From IMG/VR virus record IMGVR_UViG_2579779007_000005: a DNA stretch of 12,909 nt. One strand, written 5' to 3'. The notes under the pieces were generated by a model, which did no database searches, was not told the origin of the DNA, and saw only the letters and a list, made by a program, of their open reading frames with translations. Position numbers and translations under genes: made by a program. The DNA is from a virus (taxonomy: Duplodnaviria; Heunggongvirae; Uroviricota; Caudoviricetes). Shown piece by piece: positions 7,560-12,909 of the stretch; the stretch's first letter is position 1; each line of letters begins with the position of its first letter.

Positions 7560-8066
7560 ATGAATTTAAGCGCAATGGCATACCCTGATACTTTCATAAT
7601 TAATGGCGAATCATTCAGAGGTAAAAGAAACGCAAAAGAAAACAAGGTATTAATTCCATATACAAATGAACCGGAAGTAACTATTGGTCAACACATTATC
7701 CAGCGTGTCGGTAAAAACGAGATAAATCTAAAAATTATAGATATGAAGTTGCTTCCCAATGGAACCCTCAGACAGGGAACCAACCATCCAAATATGTTGA
7801 CTCTCTATATTGAAAATATCACGGGAAATGAACATATGACGCCAACTAAAAGTAATACATTTAACATTGGTTCAATTAGTGGTGATCAAGTGCAGATAGG
7901 TGAGCATAACCATATGCTGGTAAACATCAGCATCACTGAACTGGTTGAAAAAGTCGCTAAATCGGGGGATGTACAAGCCAAATCAGTATTAAAGCAGTTA
8001 CTGGAAAACAGTACCGTTGCCAGCATTGTTGGGGCTGGCGCAAGTGCCCTAATAGGCTTACTGTAA
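7560..8066 (+). CDS. AT-rich cargo gene of unknown function (168 aa) with a C-terminal hydrophobic Gly/Ala-rich tail; candidate accessory or defence-type effector
   Basis: ATG 7560 with AAGGA SD at a 6-nt spacer. It is the only substantial plus-strand gene in the island and is visibly more AT-rich than its neighbours. The C-terminus STVASIVGAGASALIGLL looks like a glycine-zipper membrane segment. It is bounded by its own promoter region and a terminator. Confidence 0.7.
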   Translation: MNLSAMAYPDTFIINGESFRGKRNAKENKVLIPYTNEPEVTIGQHIIQRVGKNEINLKIIDMKLLPNGTLRQGTNHPNMLTLYIENITGNEHMTPTKSNTFNIGSISGDQVQIGEHNHMLVNISITELVEKVAKSGDVQAKSVLKQLLENSTVASIVGAGASALIGLL

Positions 8067-8072
8067 AAAAAT

Positions 8073-8093
8073 GGCCTGGATTTTACCAGGCCT
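8073..8093. terminator. Bidirectional rho-independent terminator between the convergent 82-aa gene and the 168-aa cargo gene
   Basis: Stem GGCCTGG (8073-8079), loop ATTTTAC, stem CCAGGCC (8087-8093), flanked by AAAAAAA upstream and TTTATTATTTT downstream on the plus strand. Confidence 0.55.
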
Positions 8094-8101
8094 TTATTAT
8101 T

Positions 8102-8350
8102 TTACCGTTTCACGGGATCGCGCATTCTGCGCCTTATTTTCCACAGATATTCGATCATTGCTTCCACCTGCTCACGGTTGGTTGCGAAAATTTCCCCGGT
8201 CAGTGAGCTACGCAGAAAATCATGATGATCCACAAAAAACAACGCATCGGAAGAAAGCAGACGGCGATATTTTTTTGCTGTCATGGTTTCCAGATCATCA
8301 AAATCATGAAACTTTTTATGTTGCTGGACTTCTTCAAATGTCACTGGCAT
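8102..8350 (-). CDS. Hypothetical protein (82 aa)
   Basis: ATG 8350-8348 preceded by a G-rich SD (minus strand CAGGGGGGGG); stop at 8102, followed by a hairpin terminator at 8073-8093. Confidence 0.5.
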   Translation of the reverse strand: MPVTFEEVQQHKKFHDFDDLETMTAKKYRRLLSSDALFFVDHHDFLRSSLTGEIFATNREQVEAMIEYLWKIRRRMRDPVKR

Positions 8351-8367
8351 GCCCCCCCCTGTTGTCG

Positions 8368-8793
8368 CTAAAACGGTATGTTGTCCCCGTACGGATCATC
8401 GTGCTGACCCGTCTGCTGTTTTGCCCTGTTCAGTGCGTCAGTCGCCTGGTTCTGCTGGCCTTTTTTGCCGCCTGGTCGCACCGTTCGCGCACTGATTACG
8501 CTGTCTGCGATAACCTGCCAGCCTTGCCGAGTTTCGCCGTTCTGGCCTGTCCACTGACTTACCTGCATGTTACCCGCCACGCTCACCAGTTCGCCTTTGT
8601 GGTGTTTTGCCAGTGCTTCGGCCTGTCTGCCAAACGCCAGAACAGAAAGCCACATCGTCACCGCACCATCATCAGCCTGACTGCATGGCAGGGGTACTGC
8701 CATACTTACCATCGCCATTTGTGTACCCTTGCTGGTGGTCTTTAACTGCGGGTCATTTGCCAGCCGCCCGTAAGCGGCTATCTGTGCTGTCAT
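8368..8793 (-). CDS. ssb: Single-stranded DNA-binding protein (SSB)-like, 141 aa
   Basis: ATG 8793-8791 with GGAGGG SD. OB-fold-like N-terminal segment (IAAYGRLANDPQL...WLSVLAFGRQAEALAKHHKGELVSVAGNMQVSQWTGQNGETRQGWQVIAD), a Gly/Gln-rich linker, and a C-terminal ...DDPYGDNIPF resembling the SSB acidic DDDIPF tip. Confidence 0.65.
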   Translation of the reverse strand: MTAQIAAYGRLANDPQLKTTSKGTQMAMVSMAVPLPCSQADDGAVTMWLSVLAFGRQAEALAKHHKGELVSVAGNMQVSQWTGQNGETRQGWQVIADSVISARTVRPGGKKGQQNQATDALNRAKQQTGQHDDPYGDNIPF

Positions 8794-9035
8794 GATTCCA
8801 TCCCTCCGGTGTTAACGTTGATGGTTGTCACCTGTTCCGCTTCGGCAATCTCCCGCTCTGTCAACGTGGCAAAATTTGCCGCCGCCGTGGTCATTAATGC
8901 GCTTATCAGTTCGGGATGTGCTTTCGCGTATCCTTCCCCGGCGTTGCGGTCGATGATTTTTATCGACACCCTTAACCAGTGTTCCGTCAAATCAAGAGCG
9001 TGCGATTGTGATTTTTTTGTGTGCTTCGCTGTCAT
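8790..9035 (-). CDS. Hypothetical protein (81 aa)
   Basis: ATG 9035-9033; its stop overlaps the SSB-like ATG (8793) in an ATGA arrangement, implying translational coupling. Confidence 0.5.
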   Translation of the reverse strand: MTAKHTKKSQSHALDLTEHWLRVSIKIIDRNAGEGYAKAHPELISALMTTAAANFATLTEREIAEAEQVTTINVNTGGMES

Positions 9036-9080
9036 AGGCTTTATCTCACAGCAGTAAATTAAAATTTTTGCGTTTTAACC

Positions 9081-9310
9081 CTTCACCTGTTCACCTTTTG
9101 ATATTTTCTCTTTTAATTCATAATGTTAATTGGTGAACAGTTTCACAAAAACTATTCACCAACTGTTCACCACTGTTCACCCTTGAAGCTCAATAAACAA
9201 TCAAAAAGGTGAACAGTGAATAGTTTGGTGAACAGTTCATAAATAACTGTTCACCCTATAATATACTGATATAAAAGATATTTATGACAGGGTGAACAGT
9301 GGTGAACAGT
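9081..9310. repeat. Iteron array, candidate origin of replication
   Basis: Nine perfect copies of the 9-mer GGTGAACAG or its complement CTGTTCACC: plus-strand CTGTTCACC at 9087, 9163, 9173 and 9247; GGTGAACAG at 9132, 9208, 9227, 9291 and 9301. Degenerate copies at 9081, 9152 and 9217. AT-rich spacers (for example 9256-9290) separate them. The array sits directly downstream of the primase/helicase stop. Confidence 0.6.
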
Positions 9311-9322
9311 TATTCCATAAGT

Positions 9323-11140
9323 TTAATTTTTGCTATCGTCATTAGTGACCGATACACATGATGGCATCCAGTCTTCTGATTCCTCCGTCAGTGTCACGTT
9401 TGAACGCAAACCGTGCTTCGTTTTCCGTTTCATATACTCCCTGCCATATTCCGCCATTGCCCCCGGCATATCTTTACCGAAGCGCGTCAGTGTTACAGGT
9501 TTACCAAACCCATGTGCCCTCATATAAGCCAGATAGGCATGATAGAGATACCTGCGTGGGCTGAATGGCACAATTTCAGCATTACCCACTAACAGGCCAT
9601 CACACATTACCGACGCCATGAGATAGCCGCAGAAGTCCACCAGCGAATCCCCCTCTCGCTTTATCGCCAGTGCTTCTTCAGATTTCTGCTGCTCATATAA
9701 CAGGCGTCTGGCTTCGTCCTGGTTAGCAAACCGTGTAAGCAGATGGCGAATCACTACCGCCAGCTCACCTTCTATTTTTTCCGCCAGCATTGGATCACGT
9801 TCGTTCTCCGGTACAACTTCCGAAAAATTGAATATCACCCGACGACGTGAGATCCCCCCGCTGCGGTCACTGAATGACATGGCGTTATTGTTAACCGCCA
9901 GCACTACTGCCGGAATACGCGTTGAGTAGGGGGCTTTGTGTTTCGGGTCAATTGCCACCTTGTCACCGCCTGTAATAGCCTTAATCCCTGCCCCATCACC
10001 AGCGTAGCGGGTCATATCCGGCATGATAATCAGCGAAAAGCCAACCACTAACGCGCGTTCCCTTGCATCTTCCAGCGCCTTCATGCTTGCCGATACTGTG
10101 TTGGCCTTACCCGCCAGCATGGTGCAAATCTCCGCCATCACGCTTTTACCACTTCCCCCTGGACCTGTTACCTCAATGAATAACTGCCAGTCGTACCGGT
10201 TCGCCAGCACCATGAATAATGCAGCCAGTACGCGATCCGCCTTGCGGTCATTCTCAGCCACCGAACGGCGTAACCACTTCCAGAAATTCGGCGCATGTGT
10301 TGCCAGCGTTTCCCCCTCTGCTGGTGGGCTGAAAGGTAATTCACTGGCAATTAACAACCAGTCGTTTTTGTTATGCTCCCGAAAATTACCTGTTCTGGTA
10401 TCAAATACCCCGTTACTGAATCCAATCAGGTTACGGGCTGTATTCCCCATTACAGGCAAACTTAACTTCATGGTATCGACCGCCGATTTAATGGCGTTCT
10501 GCGAATAGCTGATCTCCGCATCAATGAAAATCTGTGCCATAGCTCGCTGTAATTCTTTATCCTGTACTGGCTCCCATACAACGCCGTTGTAATGGTGAAC
10601 AGTGTCAGAGTCAGCATGAATCGCCAGTTCACCGCCATAATGTGCCAGGAGAACTTCGCCGCGTTGACTTGCTCCCATCTGGTTAAGCGCCAGTGATGAA
10701 GCGTTATCGTCTTTTACCCGCTCTTTTTTCTTTACAGGCAGTTCAACTACCTTTTTCTTTTCCGCCTGCTCTGCCCGTTCACGTTCCAGATATTCGCGCC
10801 AGTTCTCCCGTTTCTGGCTGTGCATTCCTTCAGGGTAATAATCAGCATCCCTGACACCTGCCACTGCCAGTTTCTGCCCGATGGTATTAACAAGCCCCGG
10901 ACGCAATAACCCCGCCTGATAGAGACGCACGCGATAGCGTCCGTCCGGTACGATTTGCAGGTTGTCCAGTTCGGCAAGTTGTTGCTCTCCAAGCCAGACA
11001 GGTGGCACGTTATCGCCAGCCAGTCGCCCGTCCTGTTCCTGCCACTGTTTCGCATGTGCCCACGCATCACTACCCGCAAAAATGATGACTTCCGTCATTT
11101 TGTCACGCGGCTGGTGTTTTAAATTTGGCGCTTTTTTCAT
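9323..11140 (-). CDS. P4-family primase/helicase-type replication protein (D5-like NTPase C-terminal domain); 605 aa
   Basis: Walker A GPGGSGKS and a Walker B-like LVVGFSLIIMPD are typical of the phage/plasmid primase P4-family C-terminal domain. The ATG at 11140 has a GGAGAG SD and ATGA coupling to the upstream gene, and is preferred over the GTG at 11155 listed in the ORF track. An iteron array lies immediately 3' of the gene. Confidence 0.85.
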   Translation of the reverse strand: MKKAPNLKHQPRDKMTEVIIFAGSDAWAHAKQWQEQDGRLAGDNVPPVWLGEQQLAELDNLQIVPDGRYRVRLYQAGLLRPGLVNTIGQKLAVAGVRDADYYPEGMHSQKRENWREYLERERAEQAEKKKVVELPVKKKERVKDDNASSLALNQMGASQRGEVLLAHYGGELAIHADSDTVHHYNGVVWEPVQDKELQRAMAQIFIDAEISYSQNAIKSAVDTMKLSLPVMGNTARNLIGFSNGVFDTRTGNFREHNKNDWLLIASELPFSPPAEGETLATHAPNFWKWLRRSVAENDRKADRVLAALFMVLANRYDWQLFIEVTGPGGSGKSVMAEICTMLAGKANTVSASMKALEDARERALVVGFSLIIMPDMTRYAGDGAGIKAITGGDKVAIDPKHKAPYSTRIPAVVLAVNNNAMSFSDRSGGISRRRVIFNFSEVVPENERDPMLAEKIEGELAVVIRHLLTRFANQDEARRLLYEQQKSEEALAIKREGDSLVDFCGYLMASVMCDGLLVGNAEIVPFSPRRYLYHAYLAYMRAHGFGKPVTLTRFGKDMPGAMAEYGREYMKRKTKHGLRSNVTLTEESEDWMPSCVSVTNDDSKN

Positions 11141-11436
11141 TTCTGCTCTCTCCACGCGGCAATCATGTTTTTCAGTTCCTGTAGTTTTTTATCAACATCC
11201 ATACATGACACATGGTTATTTCTGGAAAGCGGGATTTCCCGCCTGAATCTGCTAATAAAGATCTCCACGTTCAGCGAACTATGAAATGAATAGCCATCAC
11301 GAATAAAATACACACGGTCAAACATCAGTTCTTTTACCGTTACTCTGTTACCGTTCTTATCCAGATAAATAGCGCCGGGGATAATTTTGGGGTGTGCATA
11401 ACCGCTGGCAGTCAAGCCAGATAAATATGTTCTCAT
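11137..11436 (-). CDS. Hypothetical protein (99 aa)
   Basis: ATG 11436-11434 lies 6 bp after the upstream stop, with a GGGGA SD-like sequence. Its TGA (11139-11137) overlaps the primase ATG (11140-11138) in an ATGA arrangement. Confidence 0.55.
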   Translation of the reverse strand: MRTYLSGLTASGYAHPKIIPGAIYLDKNGNRVTVKELMFDRVYFIRDGYSFHSSLNVEIFISRFRREIPLSRNNHVSCMDVDKKLQELKNMIAAWREQK

Positions 11437-11442
11437 GATTAT

Positions 11443-11763
11443 TTATCCCCGATTTGAATCAGTATTCGCTTTCTTTATGGCATTTAATGCATCTGTGGCA
11501 TTTTCAATGGTGCACCGTAACGAAATATCAAACTGCCCAAGCATTGCCAGTAACAAACCGATATTACCCATATCAATGCGCATAGCCTTTTCGTCATAGT
11601 CCTCATTTTCTGACGCATGCCACATCAGGCTACCAATTGACGCAATACCCATTGATATATTGTCAGTAGCCCCATCCGCAGCGGAATAAACCTTTTTAGC
11701 AATATCATGCTCACAGTTAAAATGCGGATTAATCAGGTACTGGTAATTTGACATATCAGGCAT
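11443..11763 (-). CDS. Hypothetical protein (106 aa)
   Basis: ATG at 11763 overlaps the stop of the upstream 67-aa gene (translational coupling); stop TAA 11445-11443. No recognisable motif. Confidence 0.55.
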   Translation of the reverse strand: MPDMSNYQYLINPHFNCEHDIAKKVYSAADGATDNISMGIASIGSLMWHASENEDYDEKAMRIDMGNIGLLLAMLGQFDISLRCTIENATDALNAIKKANTDSNRG

Positions 11764-11959
11764 GGCACACCCCCTGACGAATACGGGCGGCGAATACCAT
11801 CACGCAGCCAGCCGGGGATTGCTGGCGTGCTTCCTGTTCGCTGGTGGCCACGATGTGAATCACGCGCGGTTGTGCGGTGCTCAGGGCGATAAAACGCCAG
11901 ATGTATTTATTCAGGTCGTGCGAGTCCCGCCCTTGCGGGTGTGTGGTATGATTTCTCAT
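11756..11959 (-). CDS. Hypothetical small protein (67 aa), first gene of the minus-strand early operon; faintly reminiscent of Icd-like small proteins found near primases in P4-like islands (unverified)
   Basis: ATG 11959-11957 preceded by GAGGT SD; stop TGA 11758-11756 overlaps the ATG of the next gene at 11763. This is the only credible part of the 306-aa track ORF 11756..12676. Confidence 0.45.
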   Translation of the reverse strand: MRNHTTHPQGRDSHDLNKYIWRFIALSTAQPRVIHIVATSEQEARQQSPAGCVMVFAARIRQGVCHA

Positions 11960-12055
11960 AGCTACCTCGATACGCTTTCTATCGTTGGTGGTTAGAAGCC
12001 CGGTTAGTGTTAGCGCACTGCCGGGTTTCGTCGTTTCTGCACCTTGCATCAACAA

Positions 12056-12108
12056 GGTGTTAAACACCAATTTAAGCCTAGGTGTTAAACACGTCAAGTG
12101 TTGAACAC
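12056..12108. promoter_or_regulatory. Three near-palindromic operator sites (GTGTT-N-AACAC) in the divergent intergenic region
   Basis: GTGTTAAACAC at 12057-12067, GTGTTAAACAC at 12082-12092 and GTGTTGAACAC at 12098-12108. The third overlaps the candidate -35 of the RHH promoter. Confidence 0.5.
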
Positions 12109-12129
12109 TTATTTTTTTTCCTGCATACT
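12101..12129 (+). promoter_or_regulatory. Candidate sigma70 promoter of the RHH gene
   Basis: -35 TTGAAC (12101-12106), 17-bp spacer, -10 CATACT (12124-12129); lies about 30 bp upstream of the ATG at 12159. Confidence 0.3.
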
Positions 12130-12158
12130 GCATTTGTTTTTTGTAAGGGGTACACAAC

Positions 12159-12338
12159 ATGGCGACAAAAGCAGTAAACGCAAAATCACAAACAGTTGCG
12201 GCAAGGGTTCCGCATGAAGTTATGAACAATGTTGAGGCGGTAAAAATGCCTGGTGAAAGTACAGGGCAGTTTGTAACAGCAGCATTAAAGCGAGAAGTTG
12301 AATACCGCCAGCGTCGCAAGGCCAAAGAGCAGGAGTAA
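12159..12338 (+). CDS. Small ribbon-helix-helix (Arc/CopG/MetJ-type) DNA-binding protein, putative repressor; 59 aa, below the ORF-track cutoff
   Basis: ATG at 12159 is preceded by SD AAGGGG (8-nt spacer) and an in-frame TAA at 12144-12146; stop TAA 12336-12338. The sequence TVAARVPHEVMNNVEAVKMPGESTGQFVTAALKREVEY fits the RHH pattern (beta-strand with R-V-P, helix A, G-x-S/T turn, helix B). Three palindromic operators lie directly upstream. Confidence 0.5.
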   Translation: MATKAVNAKSQTVAARVPHEVMNNVEAVKMPGESTGQFVTAALKREVEYRQRRKAKEQE

Positions 12339-12395
12339 CCATCACCAGCGCCGTGGTGCGGTGAACTGTGGCGCACAGGGTTACAGGTATCTACG

Positions 12396-12575
12396 ATGAC
12401 TGACAAATCATTAAAGAAATTATCCTCATCCAAGAAAAAACAACGCAAAAATGCGGTAAACGAACATGAACCGGAGAGATTCGCACCATGTGCGTTTATC
12501 CTTGAGAAGTACCTTAAAGAGTATTCTAGGAAAATACGCTCATTGCAGGCATGGCAGCGAATCGAGCCAGACTGA
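12396..12575 (+). CDS. Hypothetical small basic protein (59 aa), possibly co-transcribed with the RHH gene
   Basis: ATG at 12396 with only a weak AGG SD; stop TGA 12573-12575. It lies between the RHH gene and a plus-strand terminator at 12640-12667. Lys/Ser-rich N-terminus; no recognisable domain. Confidence 0.25.
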   Translation: MTDKSLKKLSSSKKKQRKNAVNEHEPERFAPCAFILEKYLKEYSRKIRSLQAWQRIEPD

Positions 12576-12639
12576 TAGCATTGCCCACCAGCCAACAACC
12601 TGGTATTCTGGATATGCTCAAGTTTAGTGTTATGCCACT

Positions 12640-12667
12640 GGCGACCGCCCTTGGTCGCCTTTGTTTT
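12640..12667 (+). terminator. Rho-independent terminator for the plus-strand RHH transcript
   Basis: Stem GGCGACC (12640-12646), loop GCCCTT, stem GGTCGCC (12653-12659), followed by TTTGTTTT. The minus strand has no T-run after the same hairpin, so it is probably unidirectional. Confidence 0.5.
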
Positions 12668-12684
12668 ATGTGTCATAGCCCCCC

Positions 12685-12909
12685 CTACGCTGCCTTACCT
12701 GAATTAACGCGGTCACGGCTTTGCACCCAGTCCATAACTTCGGAAAGCAACCAGCCTACAGAACGCCCCCCAAGATTACGGCGAGACGGAAAGCCCCCTT
12801 TCTTCTCCAGTTCGTAGCGTGTAGTACGGCTGACGCCTGTTAACTTACGACATTCATCCTCACGAATTACGCGATCTGTTAGTGATTGAAATTGTGTATT
12901 TTGATTCAT
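12685..12909 (-). CDS. alpA: AlpA-family (Xis-like winged-helix) transcriptional regulator; its ATG is the last 3 bases of the window, so the N-terminus could extend beyond the edge
   Basis: 74-aa ORF ending at TAG 12685-12687. The segment LTGVSRTTRYELEKKGGFP...GGRSVGWLLSEVMDWV matches the HTH plus Trp-containing wing pattern of prophage AlpA/Xis-like regulators. It sits at the head of the replication genes, as in PICI-type islands. Confidence 0.7.
   Translation of the reverse strand: MNQNTQFQSLTDRVIREDECRKLTGVSRTTRYELEKKGGFPSRRNLGGRSVGWLLSEVMDWVQSRDRVNSGKAA

Noticed and set aside
8071-8745. 224-aa plus-strand track ORF overlapping the SSB-like and 82-aa genes
   Set aside because: It lies antisense to two genes with good start signals and coupling, and it begins inside the terminator hairpin. 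Judged spurious.
9081-9310. CRISPR array as an explanation for the GGTGAACAG repeats
   Set aside because: The repeats are only 9 bp, occur in both orientations and are irregularly spaced, with no uniform spacers. This is an iteron or binding-site array, not CRISPR.
11138-11155. GTG start at 11155 for the primase, as listed in the ORF track
   Set aside because: The ATG at 11140 has a GGAGAG SD and an ATGA overlap with the upstream gene's stop, which is the more parsimonious start.
12159-12575. RHH gene plus the downstream small ORF as a toxin-antitoxin pair
   Set aside because: The downstream 59-aa protein has no resemblance to RelE/ParE-type toxins and is separated by 57 bp. The operator and switch context favours a regulatory role for the RHH protein.
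11960-12676. N-terminal 239 codons of the 306-aa minus-strand track ORF 11756..12676
   Set aside because: The translation is low-complexity (Cys/Ser/Thr-rich) and lies antisense to the RHH gene, its operators and its terminator. Only the last 67 codons, which have their own ATG and SD, look like a real gene.
1-12909. Tail, lysis or integrase genes
   Set aside because: None was found on either strand. The integrase, if present, must lie outside the window, probably beyond the alpA (right) edge.

Overview
The window reads as most of a phage satellite of the capsid-forming PICI type (a phage-inducible chromosomal island that builds its own capsid), from an enterobacterial-like genome, with almost every gene on the minus strand. 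Reading in the direction of transcription (high to low coordinates): an AlpA-family regulator at the right edge; a divergent switch region with a small plus-strand ribbon-helix-helix (RHH) gene and three palindromic operators; three small unknown genes; a P4-family primase/helicase; a nine-copy iteron array (candidate origin); a small-gene/SSB-like module; then an HK97-type head and packaging module in the order major capsid, prohead protease, portal, gp6-like connector, HNH endonuclease, TerS, TerL. No tail genes are present in the window. Two AT-rich cargo genes interrupt or follow this backbone: a 168-aa plus-strand gene at 7560-8066 and a ~102-aa gene at 822-1130. These are the best candidates for an undescribed accessory function, possibly anti-phage, but nothing in the sequence identifies their function. 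All product calls rest on motif recognition from memory and on gene context; no database search was run.
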